Source of the DNA: Sedimentisphaerales bacterium
Lineage (GTDB): Bacteria > Planctomycetota > Phycisphaerae > Sedimentisphaerales > Anaerobacaceae
DNA length: 64,000 bases
Assembly (NCBI GenBank): GCA_963708075.1
Contig: OY970194.1
Span: forward strand, 7,168,001-7,232,000
Direction of reading: 5' to 3'
Shown here: piece after piece, positions 17,947 through 27,126 of the stretch
How the letters are laid out: each line of letters opens with the position of its first letter
Numbering within the stretch: position 1 is the first letter of the stretch
Made by a program: the position numbers and the translations under genes
The notes under the pieces: model-generated
What the model was told of the DNA's origin: nothing
Seen by the model: the letters and a program-made list of their open reading frames with translations, nothing else
Databases searched by the model: none

Positions 17947-20900
17947 ATGGGCGCACCGCCGGTGGCAGCGTGTGACAGCACCAAGAGAAGGAACCTGAAT
18001 CGCGGACATGGGTTTCTTCGTTTCATGCTTGCTGCTGCCGTCATCATTCTGGCCACGGCTGTTCACCATGTGGAAGGGGACGGGGCAGGCCGTACAGCCT
18101 CGCGCGATCGTTCGCAACCGGATAACCCTCTGGAATGGCAGGCTAAATGGATCACCGCGGATCGGACCGACAAAGACCCTCTGCCCATCTTTCGCAAATC
18201 CATCCGGCTTGGCAAGCCTGTCCGGCAGGCGACCGTCCACATCTGTGGTCTCGGCCACTATGAGCTGAGCATCAACGGCCGGCGCGTCGGCGACCACGAG
18301 ATGGACCCGGGCTGGACGAACTATCGCAAGACGTGCCTCTACAGCTCGTACGATGTGACGAACATGCTGGAGCCGGGCGATAACGCGATTGGCGTCATGC
18401 TCGGCAACGGCATGTACAACGTCCCGGGCGGGCGGTACACGAAGTTCAAAGGCACGTTCGGTCCGCCAAAACTGATCTGCCAGATGCATGTGGTGTTTGG
18501 CGATGGCTCAACCGAAGTGCTCGGCTCGGACGAGACGTGGAAATACGCGTTGGGGCCAATCGTATTCACGTGCATCTACGGCGGGGAGGATTACGACGCG
18601 AGGCGGGAACAGCCGGGTTGGGACCAGCCCGGCTTCGATGATGGGGCCTGGTCTGCCGCGAAAGTCTGCGACGGTCCCGGCGGCAAGCTCGTGGCTCAGT
18701 ATGCACCGCCGGTGAAGGTGGCCGACTACCTGCCTGCTGTGGCCTTCCAGCGTCTTAAGGAAGGAGAATACGAGGCCGACTGTGGAATCAACCTGTCCGC
18801 CCGGCCGGTGATCAAGGTGAAGGGATCTGCCGGAAGCCAGGTGGTCATCAGGGTTGCCGAAAAACGCGGCGAGCCCTGGACGCATGACGGAGGCCACGTA
18901 TATACCTGTACCCTCAAGGGCGAGGGCGAGGAAGTATTCCGGCCTCGCTTCACCTATTTCAGCTTCCAATACCTGTACATCTCAGGTGCCGACCGGCCCG
19001 AGGATGTAAAAGGCGGAGGACAGCGACCGGTGCTGCTGGAAGCCGGCAGTGAGTTCCTCACAAGCTCCGCGCCCGCGGTTGGCGGATTCGAATGCTCGAA
19101 TGCACTATTCAATGATATCAACGCCATGATCGACCGCTCGGTGCGCAGCAACCTGCAGAGCGTTCTTACCGACTGCCCGCATCGTGAGAAACTGGGCTGG
19201 CTGGAAGTGGCTCACCTGATGGGGCCTTCGATTCTCTACCACCGTGACGTCCGCGGCCTCTATCAGAAGATCTGTCGAGACACGACAGAGGCCCAGTTGG
19301 ATAATGGCTTGGTTCCCGACATCGCGCCGGAGTACACGCGGTTCCAGGGCGGGTTCTTCGAGTCTCCCGAGTGGGGAAGTGCCTGTGTGCAGTTGCCGAA
19401 CCTGCTGTACACATGGTACGGCGATCGCGTCACGGAGGAGCAGCAGTACGAGACGATGCAGCGGTATACGCAGTACCTGGCATCGACTCGCGACGGCCAG
19501 GGGCTGGTGAAGCCGGGACTGGGCGATTGGTACGATTGGACGCTGGAGAAGGGCCATGCCGGCGCGTCCCAGCTTACGCCGGCGGCATTGCCTGCCACCG
19601 CATTTTTATATGACAACGCCTGCATTCTTACTCGTGTCGCCAAGCGGCTGGGCAGGAACGCGGATGCGGCGAAGTTCCAGACGCTTGCCGAGAGGGTCCG
19701 GCAGGACTTTATCAAAGCCTACTACAAGCCTGCCGAGCACTCTGTCGCCACGGGCTCTCAGGCATCTCTGGCCTTGGCCCTCTATTTTGGCCTTGTGCCT
19801 GACGAGGACCGTGACGATGTGCTGGCAAATCTCGTGGCGGAACTTGAGAAGGCACAGTACCGCCAGAGCACGGGAGAGGTCTGCTTTCGGATGCTGGTTC
19901 AGGCGCTGGCGGATGGCGGGCGATCCGACGTGGTGTATCGAATGATCAATCGCACCGATGCGCCGGGCTACGGCCATATGCTGAAGCTCGGTTTCAGGAC
20001 GCTCTCCGAACGCTGGGACAAGCCGGGCTCATCCATGAATCACTGCATGTATGGCCATATTCAGGAATGGTTCCAGAACTCCCTTGTGGGCATCCGGCAG
20101 ACCCCGGATTCCGCGGGCTTCGAGCATCTGTTGCTCAGGCCGGAGCCGGTGGGCGATCTGACGAGCGTCTCGGGGCATTATGGCAGCGTTCGCGGCCGGA
20201 TAGAAAGCCGCTGGCGAATCGAGAACGGCCGATTCCTCTGGCACATCAGCGTGCCGCCGACAGCGGATGCCGAGGTGCACGTGCCGGCAATCGACGCCGG
20301 GCAGGTGACCGAAGGCGGCCGACCCGTGGATCGGGCAAAGGGCGTCGTGTTCGTACGCATGGAACCGGGCCGCGCCGTGTTCAAGGTTGGCCCCGGCCGG
20401 TATGAGTTCCAGTCGCCCGTGACGGTACATGGGAAGGCTGAGTTCATCAAAGCCGAGAAACAGCGAGTCATTGTGCTGACGGACATTTCCAACGAGCCGG
20501 ACGACGAGGAGTCGCTCGTCCGGTTCCTTGTGTACTCGAATGAATACGACGTGGAGGGCCTTATCGCCACCACGTCCGTCTGGCTGAAGGGCACAGTCCG
20601 CCCGGAGAGAATCCAGGAGCGGGTGGAGGCATATGGGCAGGTTCGGGACAATCTACTGAAACACGCCTCCGGCTATCCGACGAAGGAGCATCTGCTCAGT
20701 GTAATCAAAGCCGGGCGGCCGGAGTTTGGCATGGACGGGGTGGGCGAGGGCAAAAGCTCGGAAGGATCGCGTCACATCATCGCGGTGGTGGATGAGCTTG
20801 ATACACGGCCGGTGTGGGTCTGTGTGTGGGGCGGGGCCAACTGCCTGGCGCAGGTGATGTGGGATGTGAAGCATACCCGGAGCGAACAGGAATTGGATGC

Positions 20901-21789
20901 TTTCGTGTCCAAGTTGCGGGTGTACACGATCTCCGATCAGGATAACTCAGGTCACTGGCTGCGGATCACATTTCCAAACCTCTTCTACATCGTGAGCCCC
21001 AGCAGCGTGGACAACCAGGAATATCACAAGGCGACGTGGACAGGCATCTCCGGCGACCGCCTTTATAAGAACGGGCCGATGCACAGGTTCGAGTTGGTGG
21101 ACAACCCGTGGCTGGAGAAGAACATCATCGAGGGCCACGGCCTGTTAGGTGCGCTCTATCCCCGGCTCAAGTACATCATGGAAGGAGACACCCCCTCGTT
21201 CTTCAACCTGATCGACAGCGGCTTGGGCAGTCACATCAGCCCATCGTACGGCGGCTGGGGAGGCCGGTACGTCCTCCACCAGGCCTACGGCGAGGCACGC
21301 TCTATCTGGACCAACACAAGAGACAGCCGGGATACCGTCGTTGCGGAGGACGGGAAGACGTGGACCTGCGATCAGGCCACGATCTGGCGATGGCGCGAGG
21401 CCTATCAGCACGATTTCGCCGCTCGGATGGACTGGTGTGTGGCAGACACGTTCGAGAAGGCGAACCATAATCCCATTGCGGCCTTCCAGGGCAATACGAG
21501 CAAGGCGGTGGCGCAACTGCGGGCGAAATCCGGAGAACAGGTGCCTCTCAGTGCCGCCGGGACGCATGATCCGGATGGAAACGAAGTGTCCTATCGCTGG
21601 TTCATCTACGAGGAGGCGGGGACCTTCAAAGGCTCGGTCGAGATTGAGGACAGCACATCGCCCGAGGCACGCCTCGTCGTTCCTCAGGTGGAGGAGCCCA
21701 AGTCGCTGCATGTCATCCTGGAAGTCAAGGACGATGGCCAGCCTCCTCTGTTCAGTTACCGCAGAGTCATAATCACAGCGGTCCCTTGA
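17947..21789 (+). CDS. GH78 alpha-L-rhamnosidase fused to a DUF1593 / nucleoside-hydrolase-like domain and C-terminal Ig-like domain
   Basis: GH78 part: GLGHYELSING, GEDYDARRE, TDCPHREKLGW, GLGDW, LSERW, SMNH. Second module: RVIVLTDISNEPDD, MEGDTPSF, GGWGGRY, FAARMDW, ANHNP. N-terminal hydrophobic signal; exact start uncertain. Confidence 0.88.
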   Translation: MGAPPVAACDSTKRRNLNRGHGFLRFMLAAAVIILATAVHHVEGDGAGRTASRDRSQPDNPLEWQAKWITADRTDKDPLPIFRKSIRLGKPVRQATVHICGLGHYELSINGRRVGDHEMDPGWTNYRKTCLYSSYDVTNMLEPGDNAIGVMLGNGMYNVPGGRYTKFKGTFGPPKLICQMHVVFGDGSTEVLGSDETWKYALGPIVFTCIYGGEDYDARREQPGWDQPGFDDGAWSAAKVCDGPGGKLVAQYAPPVKVADYLPAVAFQRLKEGEYEADCGINLSARPVIKVKGSAGSQVVIRVAEKRGEPWTHDGGHVYTCTLKGEGEEVFRPRFTYFSFQYLYISGADRPEDVKGGGQRPVLLEAGSEFLTSSAPAVGGFECSNALFNDINAMIDRSVRSNLQSVLTDCPHREKLGWLEVAHLMGPSILYHRDVRGLYQKICRDTTEAQLDNGLVPDIAPEYTRFQGGFFESPEWGSACVQLPNLLYTWYGDRVTEEQQYETMQRYTQYLASTRDGQGLVKPGLGDWYDWTLEKGHAGASQLTPAALPATAFLYDNACILTRVAKRLGRNADAAKFQTLAERVRQDFIKAYYKPAEHSVATGSQASLALALYFGLVPDEDRDDVLANLVAELEKAQYRQSTGEVCFRMLVQALADGGRSDVVYRMINRTDAPGYGHMLKLGFRTLSERWDKPGSSMNHCMYGHIQEWFQNSLVGIRQTPDSAGFEHLLLRPEPVGDLTSVSGHYGSVRGRIESRWRIENGRFLWHISVPPTADAEVHVPAIDAGQVTEGGRPVDRAKGVVFVRMEPGRAVFKVGPGRYEFQSPVTVHGKAEFIKAEKQRVIVLTDISNEPDDEESLVRFLVYSNEYDVEGLIATTSVWLKGTVRPERIQERVEAYGQVRDNLLKHASGYPTKEHLLSVIKAGRPEFGMDGVGEGKSSEGSRHIIAVVDELDTRPVWVCVWGGANCLAQVMWDVKHTRSEQELDAFVSKLRVYTISDQDNSGHWLRITFPNLFYIVSPSSVDNQEYHKATWTGISGDRLYKNGPMHRFELVDNPWLEKNIIEGHGLLGALYPRLKYIMEGDTPSFFNLIDSGLGSHISPSYGGWGGRYVLHQAYGEARSIWTNTRDSRDTVVAEDGKTWTCDQATIWRWREAYQHDFAARMDWCVADTFEKANHNPIAAFQGNTSKAVAQLRAKSGEQVPLSAAGTHDPDGNEVSYRWFIYEEAGTFKGSVEIEDSTSPEARLVVPQVEEPKSLHVILEVKDDGQPPLFSYRRVIITAVP

Positions 21790-21941
21790 CACCGCGGCGA
21801 ATTTGTCACATACATGGTGCACAGTGGGCTTTTGCGATAGAATAGGACACTCGCTATGTCTTGCGTATCCTCCTGAAGGAGGATTGGAACCGTATGATCG
21901 TAGTCGGCCTTCGTCGCCGGCGGAAAGTTCGAGGGAGGAAA

Positions 21942-23463
21942 ATGGCAACTGACCAGAGTCGTCGCAAGTTTCTGGGAGCCGCTGCGGGAGCGGCCGCATT
22001 TACCATCGTTCCGAGACATGTGCTGGGAGGATCCGGTGTCGTAGCGCCAAGCGATAAGATCACTATGGCGGTCATCGGCACGGGCACCCAGGGCCTTCGG
22101 GAGATGTCTTCGCTGCTGCCGATCCCGGAGATTCAGGTTGTCTCCGTATGCGATCCCAATCGATACGCCATTGGCTACCGGGACTGGTCGGCCGAGGGGC
22201 TCTTGAACGATCTTCGCGAGCTGCTCGGAAAGCGCAGTTGGGGCGAGAGCCTCGAAGGAACCATTCCGGGCGGCCGAGATGTCGGAAAAGACGTCGTCGA
22301 GACCTACTATTCGGGCAATCGGGCCGGCGGTACTTTCAAAGGCTGTTCCTCCTACGCCGATTTCCGCGAGCTGCTCGATGAGGAGAAAGACCTCGACGCG
22401 GTCAAGATCATGACGCCGGACCACCTTCATGGAATCATCAGCATCGCCGCCATGAAGAAGGGCAAGCACGTGATGCTGCACAAGCCCATCGCGAACCGGC
22501 TGAAGGAGGCCAAATTGGTCATCGACACCGCTCGGCAGCAGGGCGTGGCCACCTATTTTCTGCCGTGGGGCGCCAACGGATCGATGGATCAGGTCATGGC
22601 ATGGATCAATGAGGGCGCCATAGGCACGTTGCGGGAAGTCCACAACTGGACGAATCGCCCGGTGTGGCCGCAGTATGCGACGATCCCCCAGAATATGCCC
22701 CCGGTCCCGAAAGGCTTCGACTGGGACCTGTGGCTGGGCCCGGAGCGGGAGCGGCCGTATCACCCCAACTACACCCACATGGTGTTCCGCGGCTGGTACG
22801 ATTTCGGCGGCGGCACCCTGGCGGACATGGGACACTACAGCCTCTGGACCGTATTCAATGCGTTGGAGTTGGGAGCCCCGACGGCTATCGAGCCGATCCT
22901 GAGTCACGATTGTGCGTTCGAGGGCGATGTGTCCAGGACGGTCAAGAACAATTTCTCGTTCCCGAGCGCCAGTATCGTCCGCTTCAAGTTCCCGGCGCGG
23001 GTCGCGGCCGGCAGTGGATCTCTTCTGGCATGATGGGGGGATGCGACCGCCCACACCGCCGGAGCTGGAGGAAGACGGAAAGGAATTCGCACCCGAGGCC
23101 ATGATGTTCGTCGGCGACAAGGGCAAGATCCTGGCGGGCTTCCACGTTGAGAATCCTCGCCTCATTCCGGAGAAGAGGATGAAGGACTACAAGGCTCCGG
23201 AGTCTGCGGGCCGGCGCGAGCGGGGCGAGGTTCCATCGGGCCTGCGCCAATGGATCGAGGCGTGTAGGGGGGGGAAGCAGTCGCCCGGGAGCTTCCTGAA
23301 CGCATGGCCGATTTCCGAGGCAGTCAACCTGTGGGCCGTCGCATTGCGGACCGGCCGGAAATTGCAGTACGACGCCGAGAACATGAAAATCACGAACGTG
23401 CCCGAAGCAAACAAATATCTGTCCCGCGACTACCGCAAAGGTTGGGAGCCTGAGGCCGTATGA
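21942..23463 (+). CDS. Tat-exported Gfo/Idh/MocA oxidoreductase (frameshift near 23000)
   Basis: SRRKFL Tat motif, IGTGTQG, TPDHLH, HKP, WDLWLGP, FRGWYDFGGGTLADMGHY; the C-terminus is in ORF 22912..23463 (YLSRDYRKGW). Confidence 0.88.
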
Positions 23464-24323
23464 ACACCATTTCGAGAAGACAGTTCCTTGGCAAAGGTGC
23501 AATGACTCTCGCCACGGCCGCGTCGCTGTGGCCGGGGACAACGCCTCTCAAGGCCGATCCGCTCGATCTGCCCATCGGGTGCCAGCTCTATCCTGTCGGC
23601 AAGTTGGTCGCACAGGACTTCGAAGGCACGCTCCGGCAGCTTGCGGCCATTGGATATCGAACGATCGAGCTGTGTTCGCCGCCCGGGTATGAGAAATCGG
23701 GCTTTGGCCCGCTCGTGAAGATGAAGGCCGCGGAGGTCCGTAAGGCCATCCAGTCGGCAGGCCTGCGCTGTGAGAGTTGTCACTACGGGTTCCAGGAGCT
23801 CAAGAACAGCATAGAAGACCGGATCGCCTATGCGAAGGACCTGGGTCTGAAACAGATGATCCTCGCGAGTTTCGGGCTTCGCCAGGACGCGACCATGGCG
23901 GACTGGGCGAAGGCCGCCGGCGAGCTGAACAAGATCGGCGAGCGAACAAAGAAAGAAGGCATCCAGCTCGGGTTCCACAATCACAATACCGAATTCAAGG
24001 AGATCGACGGCGTGCTCGTCTATGACAAGCTGATGAGCGAGTTCGATCCGAAGCTGGTCAAGATGCAGTTCCAGGTCGCGGTGATCAGCCTGGGCTATCA
24101 GGCCGCTCCGTTCCTCAAGAGGTATCCCGGCCGATTCATCTCGCTCCATCTGGCGGACTGGTCGCCTGCCGAGAAGAAATCGGTGCCGGTAGGAGCGGGC
24201 GTAGTCGATTGGAAGGAGCTTTTCACCGCCGCGAAAATAGCCGGGGTGGAGAACTACTTCGTGGAAATGAATATGGACGCACTCAAAGCCAGTTATCCTT
24301 ACCTTCACGATTTGAAGGTGTAA
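23460..24323 (+). CDS. Tat-exported sugar phosphate isomerase/epimerase (xylose-isomerase-like TIM barrel)
   Basis: SRRQFL Tat motif, IGCQLY, GYRTIEL, GFHNH..EF, SLHLAD, VGAGVVDW, YFVE. Confidence 0.9.
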   Translation: MNTISRRQFLGKGAMTLATAASLWPGTTPLKADPLDLPIGCQLYPVGKLVAQDFEGTLRQLAAIGYRTIELCSPPGYEKSGFGPLVKMKAAEVRKAIQSAGLRCESCHYGFQELKNSIEDRIAYAKDLGLKQMILASFGLRQDATMADWAKAAGELNKIGERTKKEGIQLGFHNHNTEFKEIDGVLVYDKLMSEFDPKLVKMQFQVAVISLGYQAAPFLKRYPGRFISLHLADWSPAEKKSVPVGAGVVDWKELFTAAKIAGVENYFVEMNMDALKASYPYLHDLKV

Positions 24324-24340
24324 TCAACAGGAGACGCAGC

Positions 24341-25633
24341 ATGCACAAAGAACGAGTTCATTTCAACCGCCGGCAGTTTTTGAAGAAGGCAGCGCAGGCC
24401 GGTGCTCTGCTTGGAGTGCCGTACGTGATCCCCGGCACCGTCCTGGGCAAGAGCGGCGGTGTCGCCCCAAGCGAGCGGATCGTACTGGGCGGCATCGGGA
24501 TCGGCAGCCGCGGCCAGTACGACCTCGGATGCTTCCTGCACGAGCCGGACGTGCAGTTCGTCGCCGTCTGTGACGTGAAGGCCAGTCGCCGCAAGGCGAT
24601 CAAGGAAATGGCGGATAGCAGGTATGGCAACCAGGACTGCGCCACGTACGTCGATATGCGCGAGTTGCTCGCTCGCAGCGACATCGATGCGGTGCTCATT
24701 GCGACAGGTCCGAACTGGCACGGGACGGCCTCGATGTTGGCGGCCCAGGCCGGCAAGGACGTGTACTGCGAGAAGCCTTGTACGAGGAACATCGCCCAGA
24801 GCCTGAAGCTGGCTGAAGTCTTCCGGCGGACCGGCCGGGTGTTCCAGGCAGGCACGCAGCGCCGCAGCCTGCCCAATTTCGCATTCGCCATCGAGCTGGC
24901 CCGCAGCGGCAAGCTTGGAAAGCTCCATACCCTCCATGCCCATCCGATGGGGCTGAAGAGTGTGAGCAGCGGTTGGCTCCCGGCGGAACCGGAACCACCG
25001 AAGGAAGAGGTAGACTGGGATATGTACCTCGGGCCGGCAGCTTGGCGGCCCTTCAATCGGCAACTGCTCAATGCTTTCAACTTTGAAAAAGGCGGCGGCA
25101 TGGTTGGCGGCTTTGGCGGCGGCGGGTGCCTGGAATGGGGGTCCCATTGCGTGGACCTGTGCCAGTGGGCCAACGACGCCGACGCGACAGCCCCTGTCGA
25201 GTATGAGCCGACGGACAACCAGTTGCACGCCCGCTATGCCAATGGCGTCAAGCTGATCCTGCGCAATGACGGCTGGCTGCCGCTGGGCTCGTGCCCGGTG
25301 CGATTCGAAGGAGACAAAGGCTGGGTGGAGACAGGCGATGATGCAGAGATCGCCGCAAGCTCGCCGGCGTTGCTGACCGGCAAAGGAGCCAAGATCCCCG
25401 GCTACCCGGCAGATTTCCACATCCGCAACTTCCTCGACTGCGTGAAGACGCGTGGCCAGCCGCGTGCGAATGCCGACGTGGCCTGCTACTCACATATCGC
25501 CTGCCACGCAGCCAATGTCTCGCTGTTCCTCGGCCGCAAGGTGAGCTACGATCCCGTCAAGAATGAATTCCCCGGTGACGAGGAGGCCAACCGGCTGCGG
25601 TCCGAGGCGATCCGCGAGCCGTGGCGGGTGTGA
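24341..25633 (+). CDS. Tat-exported Gfo/Idh/MocA oxidoreductase
   Basis: NRRQFLK, GIGIGSRG, DAVLIATGPNWH, DVYCEKP, QAGTQRRS, WDMYLGPA. Confidence 0.93.
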   Translation: MHKERVHFNRRQFLKKAAQAGALLGVPYVIPGTVLGKSGGVAPSERIVLGGIGIGSRGQYDLGCFLHEPDVQFVAVCDVKASRRKAIKEMADSRYGNQDCATYVDMRELLARSDIDAVLIATGPNWHGTASMLAAQAGKDVYCEKPCTRNIAQSLKLAEVFRRTGRVFQAGTQRRSLPNFAFAIELARSGKLGKLHTLHAHPMGLKSVSSGWLPAEPEPPKEEVDWDMYLGPAAWRPFNRQLLNAFNFEKGGGMVGGFGGGGCLEWGSHCVDLCQWANDADATAPVEYEPTDNQLHARYANGVKLILRNDGWLPLGSCPVRFEGDKGWVETGDDAEIAASSPALLTGKGAKIPGYPADFHIRNFLDCVKTRGQPRANADVACYSHIACHAANVSLFLGRKVSYDPVKNEFPGDEEANRLRSEAIREPWRV

Positions 25634-25642
25634 CAAGGGGAG

Positions 25643-25716
25643 GTGTGAAGTATGATGTTTGAAGTAAGAAGGCACTCTCACGAATCGAGAATCAACCATC
25701 AGACTTCAGACTTATA
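25643..25716. repeat. Degenerate inverted heptamer repeat element
   Basis: GTGTGAA GTATGAT GTTTGAA GTAAGAA ... CATCAGA CTTCAGA CTTATA between the two oxidoreductase paralogues. Confidence 0.55.
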
Positions 25717-25727
25717 AGGGGACGATT

Positions 25728-27020
25728 ATGAGCCGAGACGGAGTTCTCCTTAACCGGCGGCGGTTCTTGAAGCGGACGGCCCAGGCGGGCGCCGTGCTGG
25801 TGATGCCGCACGTGGTTCCGGGTACGGTCCTTGGCAAGAATGGTTCCGTCGCGCCGAGCGAGCGGATCGTTCTGGGCGGCATCGGGATCGGCAATCGAGG
25901 CACGTACGATCTGGGGTGCTTCCTGCACGAGCCGGATGTCCAATTTGTGGCTGTCTGCGACGTGAAGGCGGCTCGCCGCAAGGCCGTCAAGGAAATGGTG
26001 GACGCCAGGTACGGCAACCAGGACTGCGCCACATATGTCGATCTGCGTGAGCTGCTGGCCCGCAGTGACATTGACGCCGTGCTGATTGCGACAGGTCCGA
26101 ACTGGCATGCGACCGCCTCGATCCTGGCGGCCAAGGCCGGCAAGGATGTGTACTGCGAGAAGCCCTGCACGAAGACCATCGCGGAGAGCCTGGCGCTGGC
26201 ACAGGTGTTCCGCCGGACCGGCCGTGTGTTTCAGGCCGGTACTCAGCGTCGCAGCCTGCCCAACTTCATGTACGCGGTCAACCTGGCCCGCAGCGGCAGG
26301 CTCGGCAAGCTCCATACGCTTTATGCCCATCCGATGACCCTGAAGGCCTCGACCAGCGGCTGGCTCCCGGCCCAGCCCGAGCCGACCCAGGAAGTGGACT
26401 GGGATCTGTACCTCGGGCCGGCGGCCTGGCGGCCCTTCAACCGCGATTGCCTCCGCAGTTTCGACTTTGAGGAGGGCGGGGGGCTTACCGGGAATGGGTG
26501 TCTGCCCTGGGGTTCTCATTGCGTGGACTTGTGCCAGTGGGCCAACGACGCCGACGCGACGGCCCCCGTGGAGTACGAGCCGGCAGAATCCAAATCGAAG
26601 GAAAAGCAGTTGCATGCCCGCTACGCCAACGGCGTCAAGCTGATTATCCGCAACGATGGCTGGCTGCCGCTGGGTTCATGCCCGGTGCGGTTTGAAGGGG
26701 AAACGGGCTGGGTGGAAACGGGGGACGACGCCGAGATCGTCGCGAGCGAGCCGGCGCTGCTGGCCGGGAAGGGCGCCAAGATCCCTGGCTATCCCGCGGA
26801 TTTCCACATCCGCGATTTCCTCGATTGTGTCAAGACGCGGGCTCTGACGCGGTCCAACGCCGACGCGACTTGTTACGCGCATATTGCCTGTCACGGGGCG
26901 AATATCGCGCTATTCCTGGATCGCAAGATCAGATATGACCCCCAAAAGCATGAATTCATCGGCGATGAAGAAGCCAATCGGTTGCGCTCGGAAGCGCTGC
27001 GTGAGCCGTGGCGAGTGTGA
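25728..27020 (+). CDS. Tat-exported Gfo/Idh/MocA oxidoreductase, tandem paralogue of 24341..25633
   Basis: NRRRFLK and long stretches identical to the upstream paralogue. Confidence 0.93.
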   Translation: MSRDGVLLNRRRFLKRTAQAGAVLVMPHVVPGTVLGKNGSVAPSERIVLGGIGIGNRGTYDLGCFLHEPDVQFVAVCDVKAARRKAVKEMVDARYGNQDCATYVDLRELLARSDIDAVLIATGPNWHATASILAAKAGKDVYCEKPCTKTIAESLALAQVFRRTGRVFQAGTQRRSLPNFMYAVNLARSGRLGKLHTLYAHPMTLKASTSGWLPAQPEPTQEVDWDLYLGPAAWRPFNRDCLRSFDFEEGGGLTGNGCLPWGSHCVDLCQWANDADATAPVEYEPAESKSKEKQLHARYANGVKLIIRNDGWLPLGSCPVRFEGETGWVETGDDAEIVASEPALLAGKGAKIPGYPADFHIRDFLDCVKTRALTRSNADATCYAHIACHGANIALFLDRKIRYDPQKHEFIGDEEANRLRSEALREPWRV

Positions 27021-27021
27021 C

Positions 27022-27107
27022 GAAGGTAAGAACGTAAGAAGGGAAGAAGTGAAGAACGAAGATGTATCTGATGTCCTGCCTTCCTGCGTTCCTACCTTCT
27101 TACCTTC
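27022..27107. repeat. Inverted octamer repeat element
   Basis: GAAGGTAA GAACGTAA GAAGGGAA GAAGTGAA ... TTCCTGCG TTCCTACC TTCTTACC TTC. Confidence 0.7.
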
Positions 27108-27126
27108 TATTATTGTGAGGACAATT

